From contig NW_021824650.1 of NCBI RefSeq assembly GCF_006345805.1, positions 1 through 37,647 of the forward strand: a stretch of 37,647 nt of DNA. The letters run 5' to 3'. The stretch's first letter is position 1; the number at the start of each line of letters is the position of its first letter. This stretch comes from Octopus sinensis. Taxonomy: Eukaryota. Positions 10,385 to 21,895 of the stretch are shown here, piece after piece. The position numbers were made by a program, and so were the translations under genes. The notes beneath the pieces are model-generated. The model ran no database searches. It was not told the DNA's origin and saw nothing but the letters and a program-made list of their open reading frames with translations.

Positions 10385-10880
10385 TAGCTAGTAGTAGCAG
10401 CAGCAGCAGCAGTAGTAGTAGTAGTTGTAGTAGTAGTAGTAGTGAATTGAATGGTGCTTGGTTATGATAGTATTAGGTGTAGTAAAGTAGTAGTAGTAGT
10501 AGCAGCAGCAGTAGTGTAGTAGTAGTGGTAGTAGTGAATTGAATGGTGCTTGGTTATGATAGTATTAGGTGTAGTAAAGTAGTAGTAGTAGTAGTAGCAG
10601 CAGGAGCAGTAGTGGTAGTAGTAGTAGTAGTAGTAGTAGCAGCAACAACAGCAGGAGCAGTAGTAGTGAATTTAGTGGTGGTGGCTGATTATGATAGTGT
10701 TAATTATAGTAATAATAGTAGTAGTAGTAGCAGCAGCAGCAGTTATAGTAGTAGAAGTAGTACTTGTAGTAGTAATAGTAGTAATGATGGTGGTTGTGGT
10801 GGTGATGGTTGTGGTTGTGGTGGTCGTCGTAGTGGTGGCTGTGGTGTTGGCTGTGGTGGTGGTGGTGGTGATGGTGGCTG
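10385..10880. repeat. (AGT/AGC/GGT)n tract with an internal ~50-bp duplication
   Basis: gtgaattgaatggtgcttggttatgatagtattaggtgtagtaaag occurs at ~10442 and ~10534. Confidence 0.9.
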
Positions 10881-10949
10881 TTTATTGTTTCAATGGTAGC
10901 AGCTTCGAGGCGGGAAACGACACGGTTGCTGCCATTGTAGATGCGTATC

Positions 10950-11013
10950 TGTGTGTGTATGTGTGTGTGCGTGTATATATATTTGTGTGTGTATGTGTAT
11001 GTGTGCGTGTGTA

Positions 11014-11044
<31 letters not shown>

Positions 11045-11185
11045 GTATGTGTGTGTGTGTGTATGTGTGTGTGCGTATGTGTGTGTGTATGTGTGTGTTG
11101 TGTGTGTGTGTGCGTATGTGTGTGTATATGTGTATGTGTGTGTGTGTGTATGTATATGTGTGTATGTGTGTGTGGTGTGTGTGTA
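10950..11185. repeat. (GT)n/(GTAT)n microsatellite
   Basis: Direct reading. Confidence 0.95.
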
Positions 11186-11429
11186 GTAACAGGTGGCGGG
11201 CGGGCCGTGTTCGTCGCTGTATGGTTGGTTATGTAATGACGTCATAGCAATAACGAAACTAAAAAGCATAATACAGTCGTATCGCGATCCATTCAGTAAA
11301 CAACCACGCGGCTCATGCTAGAAATAGCAACCAAATTTCCGTCCACTCGTACTCTGCAGTCTTACCTGTTTTTATGCTTCACTCGCTGGATTGCGGCCAT
11401 GCTGGGGCACTGCCTTGAACACTTTACCT

Positions 11430-12021
11430 CGGTGGTTCCCAAACTTTTTCGGGCTGTCGCCATCTTGGCCCCCGAGTCACATTTCACAAATAAACATTAA
11501 ACCCAATTAACCTTTTGTCTTTTATTTGTTTCAGTCATTTGACTGCGGCCATGCTGGAGCACCGCCTTTAGTCGAGCCAATCCAACCCAGGGCTTATTCT
11601 TTGTAAGCCGAGCACTTATTCTATCGGGCTCTTTTTCAGAACCGCTAGATAGCGGGAACGTAAACATAACAGCATCGGCTGTCAAGCGATGTTGGGGGAT
11701 TCAAACACACACACACACACACATATATAATATATATACACACACACACATATACGACGGGCTTCTTTTAGTTTCCGTCTACCAAATCCACTCACAGGGA
11801 TTTGGTCGGCCCGAGGCTATAGAAGACATTTGTCCAAGGTGCCACGCAATGGGAATGAACCGGGTACCATGTGGTTGATGTGCAAGCTACTTACCACACA
11901 GCCATTCCTGCACCTATATTTTTTTTTACATCTATCATCCCGTTTTGGCCACCCCGTTATCATCCCACTTTTTTTCCACTGCCCTTCAAGGGGGTAGTAC
12001 TGCCCACTTTGGGATCCATTG
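11430..12021. mobile_element. hAT (Charlie-like) MITE with 8-bp TSD
   Basis: TIRs cggtggttcccaaact / actttgggatccattg (CAGTGGTTCCCAA type); TSD ctttacct (11422-11429) / ctttagct (12022-12029). Confidence 0.75.
11512..11915 (-). mobile_element. SINE family A, full length, nested in the hAT MITE
   Basis: Colinear match to other family A copies. Confidence 0.9.
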
Positions 12022-12359
12022 CTTTAGCTAAACAAATTGACATGTTTAAGTCTGGAGTCTGACACTTATTCCATCGGGCCATTTTACCGAACAGCTAAGT
12101 TATGTGAACGCAAAGAAAACAACACCGGCTATCAAGTGATGGTGGAGCACAAACACAAATATAAAGACTCACGCACATAATGCATATGTGATGGGATTCC
12201 TCACAGTTTCCTTCTATCGAATCCGCTCACAATGCATTAGTCGGTTCGAGACTATTGTAGAAGTTACTTGCCCAAAGCGCCGCGCAAAGGAACTGAAACC
12301 GGAATCACGTGGTTACAAAGTGAGCTTCTTAACTAAACAACCACTCTAACTCCATTGTT

Positions 12360-12395
12360 AATAATAATAATGATAATATAATAATGATAATAATG

Positions 12396-12429
<34 letters not shown>

Positions 12430-12526
12430 TAATAATGATAATAACATGATAATAATAATGATAATAATAATAATAATAATGATAATAATGATAATAATAA
12501 TGATAATAATAATAATGATAATAATA

Positions 12527-12570
<44 letters not shown>
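12360..12570. repeat. (AAT/GAT)n microsatellite
   Basis: Direct reading; abuts a SINE C tail. Confidence 0.95.
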
Positions 12571-12571
<1 letters not shown>

Positions 12572-13108
12572 CCTTTCTACTGGAAGCATAAGGCCTCAAA
12601 TTTGGGGTAAAGGATTAAGTCGATTACATTGAGCCCCTGTGCGTAACTGGTACTTATTTAATCGACCCCCCCCCCCCCGAAAGGATGAAAGGCAAAGTCG
12701 ACCCCGGCGGAATCTGAACTCAAAACATAGTGGCAAACGCTAAGCATTTCTTTTTTTTATATATAGATTTAAGAGTCCTTTCAACTAAAGGCACAAGGCC
12801 TAAAAAGGCAAAGTCGACCACAGCAGGATTTGAACTCAGAACGTATAGACGGACAAAATACCGCTAAGCATTTTGCCCGGCGTGCAAACGATTCTTTTCT
12901 ACTATAGGCACAAGGCCTGAAATTTTGTGGGAGGGGGACTGGTCGATTACATCGACCCCAGTGCGTAACTGGTACTCAATTTATCGACCCCGAAAGGATG
13001 AAGGGCAACATCGACCTCGGTGGAATTTGAACTCAGAACGTAGAGACGGACAAAAAATCTGTTAAGCATTTCGCTCGACGTGCTAACGATTCTGCCACCT
13101 TGCCGCCT
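12571..13108 (-). mobile_element. Cluster of three tandem SINE C units
   Basis: Repeated gaactcagaacgta, ggcaaagtcgacc and ggcacaaggcct motifs. Confidence 0.85.
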
Positions 13109-13347
13109 AAATAAATATTAAAACGTTTTTTATTCGTATTTGACAATGCTTTGCAAGATTCTTTATGTGAATTCGTGTGTTGAAACACATTCTGTTGTGT
13201 CTGGGGAGAGTCTTTCTCTTTTAGAGCCTTATTATTTAACACACAAACCAGTAAATTTTCCACTCATTTATTTATTTTTCCTAAAATTTTCGTTGCGTCT
13301 TGCAACCTTTTCAATAGTCGTTGACTTTGTCCCTTAGTAGTAGTAGG

Positions 13348-13725
13348 AGCACTCCGTCGGTTGCGACGATGAGGGTCCCAGCTGATACGATCAACGGAAC
13401 AGCTAGCTCGTGATATTAATGTGCAAGTGGCTGAGCACTCCACAGACACGTGTACCCTTAACGTAGTTCTTGGGGAGACTCAGCGTGACACAGAGAGTGA
13501 CAAGGCCGGCCCTTTGAAATACAGGTACAACAGAAACAGGAAGTAAGAGTGAGAGAAAGTTGTGGTGAAAGAGTACAGCAGGGTTCACCACCACCCCCTG
13601 CCGGAGACTCGTGGAGCTTTAGGTGTTTTCGCTCAATAAACACTCACAATGCTCGGTCTGGGAATCGAAACCGCGATCCTATGACCGCGAGTCCGCTGCC
13701 CTAACCACTGGGCCATTGCGCTTCC
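13348..13725 (-). mobile_element. SINE family B, full length, with 12-bp TSD
   Basis: TSD CTTTGTCCCTTA at 13325-13336 and 13729-13740; short (TAG)n tail; intact A and B boxes. Confidence 0.92.
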
Positions 13726-14427
13726 ACTCTTTGTCCCTTATCCGAGCTGCGTTCATCTCTTTTTTCTTTGTTTATGAATATTTAATAGTAAAAACAACAA
13801 AATTACAGTTGTACACACGCAGTTTCGCTTCAGGGCAACTAGTATTGAGAGTAAAAAAAATCTCAAGCAGTTCTCTATATCCATTTCCTCCCGTTCATAC
13901 AATTGTTTTAACCCTGTAAAATTGCAATTTTCTGTGTCGGCTCCGCCAGACTTAGAGCCGTGTGAGCGAACTTTATCATTATTAGTTTTGCTATCCGACT
14001 ACGGTAATTTAATTAGTTTCTAGTTGAAAATAGTATTAATCATTCTGCGAAAGAAACAAACAAAAACAACCAATCGAACAAAAACTACCCCTTATACATA
14101 CGCCATCTTTTTTTTGGTGAGTAGTTCGGTCTGGAAACACACTGAATGTGTCTGCTGCATTACGCGTTAAACTTCTTCTTCGTTTGTGTGTGTTGTACTT
14201 TCTCAGTCTATTTCGTTAATTAGAAACTAATCTTATGTCTATAAATGGTTAATTCCCTTGTTTCTGTAATTTTTCTTTATAGAATTGCTGGATATTATTT
14301 GATTTATTATTGTCATTTTTGTTTTTCTTCTATCATCAATATCAGCTTTGTACTTTTTTACCAAATCAATTTGCACAGCAAAGTCTATGCAAAAACCATG
14401 TACCTTACGTAAGAACGTTTCTTTTTG

Positions 14428-14570
14428 CGGACGGCTGTATGGCTAAAAAGGTAGCTTCTCGACTCCGTGGTTTCGAGATCCGGGCTCCCATTGCGTGGCA
14501 CTTTGGACTAGTGAATTCTGCTAGAGCGTTGAGCTGACAAATGAATTGTGAGTAAATTCGGTACACAGAA
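14428..14570 (+). mobile_element. Highly diverged SINE A-like head
   Basis: ggctgtatgg...cccattgcgtggcactttgg...ttgtgagtaaattcggta parallels the family A head. Confidence 0.5.
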
Positions 14571-14577
14571 TTTTTTA

Positions 14578-14922
14578 TGACAAAATATGAATATTGGAAT
14601 TTACATACCACGGACAGGAAACATTTCTACCACTTCTACACACCTCTTTCTTTCGATAAGGCAACTGCAACTAAATCACCTTTATACATATTCATTTTTA
14701 TTTTTATTTCTACATTCATTCTCCTCTTTCCCTATATACTTCTTATTTGCTTTCTTTCCTAAAATAACTTATATTGAACTCTACTATTTCCCTCTATTTA
14801 ACCATCTCACATCGCCTCTGATGAAGGGATATCCGTATCCCAGAAACAGCTATAAAACTAACTTTCTCTTTGTAAATGTCTTGAAAGTTCCACACAGCCT
14901 TAGCCTTTTGTCTCATTTTATT

Positions 14923-14925
<3 letters not shown>
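14578..14925 (+). mobile_element. Penelope-like element 3'/pLTR remnant (family H2) with decayed hammerhead at 14814-14858
   Basis: Homologous to 34790-35115 (caaaatatgaa..ttggaatttacat.cca.ggaca; cacacagcctt..cattttatttaac). CUGAUGA-A-GGGAUA(UCCG)UAUCCC-A-GAAAC-AGCU-AUA; stem I broken. Confidence 0.6.
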
Positions 14926-14957
<32 letters not shown>

Positions 14958-15321
14958 TACAAACACACACATACACTCAAACACACACATATAACTATTT
15001 GGACTTTGGGGTATATGTCTATTTGTATGTCAATTAAAGCACATTTGCTGTTTGTTGCTATCTGATGTCATCCACAGTTACTATATTATTTTCACTGGAT
15101 CTGCTTTTGGAAATCCGCAGTGTTTGTTGAGTTTATAATTCATGAAAGCAACGGAAGAGGGATTTAGTACGAATCTTGGTACTGCACTACGATCGTTTCG
15201 ACCCATCCTGCAGCTTTCCCTTTCGGTAAGATACTGTGCATCTATATTGTGTTGCAAAACAACTAGATGTACAATATCCCACCCCTAAGGGTCAGCTACA
15301 GAGGGGTAAGTTGATTACATC

Positions 15322-15609
15322 AACTTCAGCTACCCAGCGGATGTTAACATAAGACTGAAGATCATTGAAAAAGAGAACACCTATGCTGAACTATTGAGAA
15401 GTCTGCAGGTACTCTATCCAGATTACGAGTTCAGGTTTATACCTGTAATTATTGGGACCTTGGGATATATAACACACTGCCTAAATACCTATCTTGAGAA
15501 ATTAGGCTTCTCAAAACCAGAAAGTAGAAAGATAATTCGAAGACTACACATCTAAGCCATCACTGGAACTGTAAGAATCTGTGAAACTTTCCAGAAGTTT
15601 ATCATTTAA
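15322..15609 (+). pseudogene. R4/Dong-type non-LTR retrotransposon, C-terminal restriction-like endonuclease fragment
   Basis: Hand translation NFSYPADVNIRLKIIEKENTYAELLRSLQVLYPDYEFRFIPVIIGTLGYITHCLNTYLEKLGF...LHI*AITGTVRICETFQKFII*; EK..Y..L and P.IIG.LG motifs; 3'UTR with (TACA)n to ~15895. Confidence 0.75.
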
Positions 15610-16569
15610 ATATATATGAGTATGTCTAGATATGCAACTATATGCATGAGAATACATACATAAAACATACAAATATGCACATATACATACATACATACAT
15701 ACATAACCATACATAATACAACATACATCATACATACATACACATCCACATACATACATACATACATACATACATACATACATACATACATACCCTGTTG
15801 TTGAAATTCCAGTGAAGGAGCCTTGGATCTGGGTTAGAAACCGGCTCTTTCTCTATTGGTAAGAAATCTTGAAATAAACTGAATAATGACATACATAAGC
15901 ATATAGAAACACATATACATACGCACATACATGTAAGTACATACCCACATGCCTACCTACACATAGATCTACATACACATACACGCATACATGCACACAC
16001 ACATATAGTTACATATACACACACATATAGTTACATATACACACACACGTACACACATACATCGATATATAGTTGCAAAAACACACACATTTACGTATAT
16101 ATAATTATACATATACACACCTATACATTTATAATACCTATAAACATATATACACTCACACCCACACACCTGCACGCACACACACACACCACACACACCA
16201 CACGCATACAAACACACACATACACTCAAACACACACATATAACTATTTGGACTTTGGGGTATATGTCTATTTGTATGTCAATTAAAGCACATTTGCTGT
16301 TTGTTGCTATCTGATGTCATCCACAGTTACTATATTATTTTCACTGGATCTGCTTTTGGAAATCCGCAGTGTTTGTTGAGTTTATAATTCATGAAAGCAA
16401 CGGAAGAGGGATTTAGTACGAATCTTGGTACTGCACTACGATCGTTTCGACCCATCCTGCAGCTTTCCCTTTCGGTAAGATCTGTGCATCTATATTGTGT
16501 TGCAAAACAACTAGATGTACAATATCCCACCCCTAAGGGTCAGCTACAGAGGGGTAAGTTGATTACATC

Positions 16570-16857
16570 AACTTCAGCTACCCAGCGGATGTTAACATAA
16601 GACTGAAGATCATTGAAAAAGAGAACACCTATGCTGAACTATTGAGAAGTCTGCAGGTACTCTATCCAGATTACGAGTTCAGGTTTATACCTGTAATTAT
16701 TGGGACCTTGGGATATATAACACACTGCCTAAATACCTATCTTGAGAAATTAGGCTTCTCAAAACCAGAAAGTAGAAAGATAATTCGAAGACTACACATC
16801 TAAGCCATCACTGGAACTGTAAGAATCTGTGAAACTTTCCAGAAGTTTATCATTTAA
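16570..16857 (+). pseudogene. Duplicate of the R4/Dong-type endonuclease fragment
   Basis: Second unit of the tandem duplication; same internal stop. Confidence 0.75.
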
Positions 16858-17585
16858 ATATATATGAGTATGTCTAGATATGCAACTATATGCATGAGAA
16901 TACATACATAAAACATACAAATATGCACATACATACATACATACATACATACATACATACACACATACATACATACATACATACATACATACATACACAC
17001 ATACACATACATACATACATACATACATACATACATACATACCCTGTTGTTGAAATTCCAGTGAAGGAGCCTTGGATCTGGGTTAGAAACCGGCTCTTTC
17101 TCTATTGGTAAGAAATCTTGAAATAAACTGAATAATGACATACATAAGCATATAGAAACACATATACATACGCACATACATGTAAGTACATACCCACATG
17201 CCTACCTACACATAGATCTACATACACATACACGCATACATGCACACACACATATAGTTACATATACACACACATATAGTTACATATACACACACACGTA
17301 CACACATACATCGATATATAGTTGCAAAAACACACACATTTACGTATATATAATTATACATATACACACCTATACATTTATAATACCTATAAACATATAT
17401 ACACTCACACCCACACACCTGCACGCACACACACACACCACACACAACACACAAACAACACACACAAACGCACACCTGTGTGTTCTATACATTAGAATTA
17501 GCTTAATTTGTATCAATTAAATTGGCAACATTTAAAAAAGTGATTATGTAAGAAGTCAACCAGTTCAGAGTAACCGACGCTGTCC

Positions 17586-17672
17586 ACTTCCGGTATAGAA
17601 TAACACTTGGTAGTTATTTCCGGCGTAGAGTAAATGCAGGAGATGACTTCCGGAATAGAGTTACACTTGGGG
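17586..17672. repeat. 3 x 30-bp degenerate tandem repeat
   Basis: A(C/T)TTCCGG at 17586, 17616 and 17646, each followed by tagaataa/tagagtaa/tagagtta. Confidence 0.7.
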
Positions 17673-17844
17673 ATTGCTGTAAAAAAGAAAAAAAACTACC
17701 CAGGGTAGACAGAGAACTCAGGGATCTCCTCTGCGCGAAAAACTAGTAAAGTGAGCGCAACATATTTAAATTAGCTTGAGGTCTTATATATACTACAAAC
17801 AGAAACGTATAAACGGTTTGCATAATCCATTATAAGCTGTTTAA

Positions 17845-18342
17845 TCTTTATATATAAAAGTGAAGTTGTGTGTCTGTCTCCTACCATTTAGATTCCTAAC
17901 TACTCCCACATTTTGCGGTGCAGTTTAACCAAAACCGGGTATCTTATAGTCGTGATTCATATCGAGCCCTTCTGGGTATTAGCGCGCGTCTTACGATGAG
18001 TCTACGATTTAAAAAAAAATTTACCATCATTTTTTCCATTTTAATGCATTTTTTCGCTATTATATAAGGGGAGTAACTCTCTAAAAATGTCTACGATGAG
18101 TCAACGATTTAAAAAAATAATTACCATCATTTTTTTCCATTTTAATGCATTTTTCCGCTATTATATAAGGGAAGTCACTCTCTAAAAATGTCTACGATGA
18201 GTCAACGATCTTAAAAAAATTTCCCATAATTTTTTTTCCATTTTTAATGCATTTTTTTGCTATTTTTTGGCTATAACTCTCTAAAAATGCTTATATAGTT
18301 ATTTCCTTTACAAACCCGAGCAACGCCGGGCGATACTGCTAG
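17845..18342 (+). mobile_element. Non-autonomous Helitron with internal ~100-bp tandem repeats
   Basis: A|TCtttatatataaaag ... cccgagcaacgccgggcgatactgCTAG|T; three tacgatgagtc units at ~17992, 18092 and 18193. Confidence 0.88.
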
Positions 18343-18541
18343 TCCTTTATAATCCGTTTATAAACCAAATGGAAAACTTAGGTATTAATAAATAACCATG
18401 TTTTATCCCATTGTGTTCCAGTAGAATCGTTAGCCTTTCCTTATCCGAGCAAACGTTAGAGCAACTCTTAAGGGTCTGAGTGGATAGGGATTTCTGTCTT
18501 TTTCTATTTCGTCAGTCATTTATTAATATTAGATTCAAATT

Positions 18542-18724
18542 GAAGGCGGCGCATGGTAGAATCCTTTGCCACTAGGCAAAATGCTTTAGCAGCATTTTGC
18601 TGGTCTTTTCGTTCTGAGTTCAATTTCCGCCGAGGTCGACCTCACCTTTTATCCTTTGGGGATTGATGAAATGAGTACCAGTTATGCACTGAGGTCGATG
18701 TTGTAATCGACTTGTGCCAAAATT
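18542..18724 (+). mobile_element. SINE family C, diverged
   Basis: gaaggcggc head, gttctgagttcaatttccgccgaggtcgac, aaatgagtaccagttatgcactgaggtcgat. Confidence 0.8.
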
Positions 18725-19200
18725 AGTAACCAGTGTCACGCTCCGTGTCGGTCTTCTGGTTTGCGTAAGAGCCCAGAGAGGAGAACGTCGGACAATTCTC
18801 ACCTGCTTCCTGTAGAGTTTAACAATATTGAATTCTACCAATTGGTTATTTGTACTGCTGTGGCAAAACAGAATCAGAACACACACACACACACAAGTGA
18901 TTTCTTGCCTTCTCTATGGCCTTGTTACATTATTTGAAATGCTAGAAAAGCCGATGCGTAATTAATGAGGGCAGGCATCTTATGCAGAGATGGAAGAAAG
19001 CCATATATTTGCTTATTCAAAAACGAAGTTTAATCTGTACAGAGAAAACCTGATGTGATGAGGTACAATGAATATGTATTTTGGATTCAGCTCAAAAAAT
19101 TGAATCAGAAACATATATTTGATCAACGGAAACCTATGTAATGTGTGCCTTGTATGCGATTATACAACCTTCTAATTTCCTCCGGAGAGAAGTGGTTACG

Positions 19201-19551
19201 GTACAAACATTGTTCTCTGGTGTTAGCGGAATCTTCCGGGACAATAATGCACCAATTCATGTGTCTAGTGTTATTCAAACGTGATACGAAGAGCATGAAA
19301 GTGAAGGAGACGATATGGATTGCAATTCGCGTACCCCAGAAGATCTCATTACAGTCGAACATTTTTAGTGCATTTTGAGGCAACAAGTGAGGAACCGCTA
19401 ACCTCCACTATGGATGCTGAAAGAACAAATGAAGGTTTTATTTGAACACTGGCTCAACATTCCGCTAACAACCATTCAGGAACTTAATGAGTCAAGTTGT
19501 CGACGTATTAAAGCCGTGGTTGATGCCAGAATTGGATCAAGTCCATGGTAA
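19201..19551 (+). pseudogene. Decayed Tc1 (DD34E-type) transposase, C-terminal part
   Basis: Hand translation VQTLFSGVSGIFRDNNAPIHVSSVIQT*YEEHE...TPEDLITVEHF*CILRQQVRNR*PP...HWLNIPLTTIQELNESSCRRIKAVVDARIGSSPW* aligns with Tc1 motifs FQDDNAPIH, SPDLNxIE, W..IP and RRIxAVxxAxGG; three in-frame stops. Confidence 0.85.
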
Positions 19552-19577
19552 TGCTTTCTGTTATGAGTACAAGGCCT

Positions 19578-19949
19578 AAGACGCCGTGGTATTCGTCTGT
19601 CTTTACGTTCTGAGTTCAAATTCCGCCGAGGTCGACTTTGCCTTTCATTCTTTCGGGGTCTATAAATTAAGTACCAGTGAAACACTGGGGTCGATGTAAT
19701 CGACCAGTCCCCCTCCCACAAAATTTCAGGCCTTGTGCCTATAGTAGAAAAGAATCGTTTGCACGCCGGGCAAAATGCTTAGCGGTATTTTGTCCGACTA
19801 TACGTTCTGAGTTCAAATCCTGCTGTGGTCGACTTTGCCTTTCATCCTTTCGGTGTCGCTGAATTAAATACCACTCAAATACTGGAGTCGATGTAATCGA
19901 CTGGCCCCTTCCCACCAAATTCCAGGCCTTGTACCTTTATTAGAAAGGA
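19578..19949 (+). mobile_element. SINE C dimer with 17-bp TSD
   Basis: TTATGAGTACAAGGCCT at 19561-19577 and 19950-19966; the target is the tail of a minus-strand SINE C. Confidence 0.85.
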
Positions 19950-20374
19950 TTATGAGTACAAGGCCTGAAATTCTATGGGGGGAGTCTTGTCGATTACATC
20001 GACCCTTGTACGCAACTGGTACATAATTTATCGATTTCAAAAAGATGACAGGCAAAGTGAGCCCCGGCAGAATTTGAACCCAGAACATAAAGACGGACAA
20101 AGTGGCACGGAGTGTTTTATCCGATATGCAAATGGTTCTTCCAGCTCGCCGCCTTAAATAATGACTTCAAATTTTTGCCCCAAGGGCAGCTTTGGGGGGG
20201 GGGATTAAGTCCATTACATCGATCCCAGTGCGTAACTGGTACTTATTTAATCGACCCTGAAAGGATGAAAGGCAAAGTCCACCTCGCCTGAATTTGAACT
20301 CAGAACGTAACAGCAGACGAAATACGGCTACGCATTTCGCTCGGCGTGCTAACGATTCTGCCCGCTCGCTGCCT

Positions 20375-20413
<39 letters not shown>

Positions 20414-20785
20414 GTTTCAAATTTTGCCACAAGGGCAGCCATTTTGGGGGAGGGGACTAATCGTTTACATCGACTCCTCGGTATTTCACTGGTACTTTAT
20501 TTATCGACCCCGAAAGGATGAAAGGCAAAGTAATGATAATTCTTTCTACAATAGGCACAAGGCCTGACATTTTGGTGGAGGGGGACTAGTCGATTATATC
20601 GATCCCAATGTCCAACTGAGATCGATAAAATAATATCCTTTCGGGATCGATGAAATAATACCGATCCCGAAAGGATGAATGGCAAAGTCGACCTCGGCGA
20701 AATTTGAACTCAGAACGTAACGGCAGATGAAATACGGCTACGCATTTCGCCCCGCGCGCTAACGTTTCTGCCAGCTCGCCGCCTT
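19950..20785 (-). mobile_element. Cluster of about four SINE C units
   Basis: Heads (cgccgcctt/gctgcctt) at ~20155, 20375 and 20785; (AAT)n spacer at 20377-20411. Confidence 0.85.
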
Positions 20786-20843
20786 CTCCTCCATATTAGA
20801 TAATGGCCTACCATGAACAGGAGGCAATGTAATCGACCTCTGT

Positions 20844-21256
20844 TTCTCTTTTACTTGTTTCAGTCATTTGACTGCGGCCATGCTGCGGCACCGCCTTTAG
20901 TCGAGCAAATCGACCCCCAGGACTTATTCTTTGGAAACCTAGTACTTATTTTATCGTTTTTTTTTGCCGAACCGATAAGTTACGGGGACGTAAACACACC
21001 ACCATCGGTTGTCAAGCGATGTTGGGGGGGGGGGTGCAAACGCAGACACACAAACATATGCACACACGCAAACATATACACACACACACACATATATACG
21101 ACGGGCTTCTTTCAGTTTCCGTCTACCAAATCCACTCACAAGGCTTTGGTCGACCCGAGGTTATAGTAGAAGACACTTGCCCAAGGTGACCACGCAGTGG
21201 GACTGAACCCGGAACCATGTGGTTGGTAAACAAGCTTCTTACCACACTGCCACTCC
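20844..21256 (-). mobile_element. SINE family A, full length
   Basis: Colinear match to family A. Confidence 0.9.
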
Positions 21257-21895
21257 AGTGTATGTATGCCTGTATGTACATGGAGAGTGCGGGAGAATGA
21301 GAGAAAAGAGAGAGAGAAGAGAGAGAGAGAGAGTGTGTGTGTGGTAGAGGGAGAAAGAAAGAGAGAGAGAGAGTGTGTGTGTGTGGTAGAGGAAGAGGGA
21401 GAAAGAAAGAGAGAGAGAGTGTGTGTGTGGTAGAGGGAGAAAGAAAGAGAGAGAGAAAGGATGAAACCGTTACCCACAGAGCCATGGAGAATGATTTCGC
21501 GTTTAGTTTTTAATGAGATTAAACATTTTTCGTTGATTTGATATCGAGCAAACCGTTTCTTGTTCTACGCAAGGAAAGTAAGCAACGCAACGCAGAAAAA
21601 GTACCTTAATTATGATAATTAAATATCATATTAGACATGCTAACCACTAGTTTCTGACAACCAACTGGAAGAAAGCCACTAACGGAACTCTTTATTTTTA
21701 CCATTTTCTTCCTCGAATTGTTAATGGCACTGTTCAGTAATAATCACTCGATGTTTTTACATTTTAAACATTTAATTCTTATTATTTCTTGTGATTTTCT
21801 TTTAAAAATTACACGTCTTAATTTTATTATGCGTTCACACATACACACGCATCTATGTATTTACGTATATGTACAAATGTATATATATATATATA

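Larger units (their letters stand above)
11362..12335 (-). mobile_element. Old diverged SINE A-related copy interrupted by a hAT MITE
   Basis: Tail ttgcggccatgctggggcactgcc (11391-11414) continues after 12022 with cttattccatcgg...ttgcccaaagcgccgcgcaaaggaactgaaacc. Confidence 0.65.
14950..17450. repeat. Direct tandem duplication, 2 x ~1249 bp
   Basis: ggactttgggg at 15001 and 16250; units near-identical apart from microsatellite length and a 1-nt indel; breakpoints lie in (CA)n tracts. Confidence 0.95.

Noticed and set aside
13282-13318. Minus-strand CUAUUGA...GUUGC(AAGAC)GCAAC-GAAA as a hammerhead
   Set aside because: The hairpin is real, but the core deviates at several positions and I found no convincing stem I.
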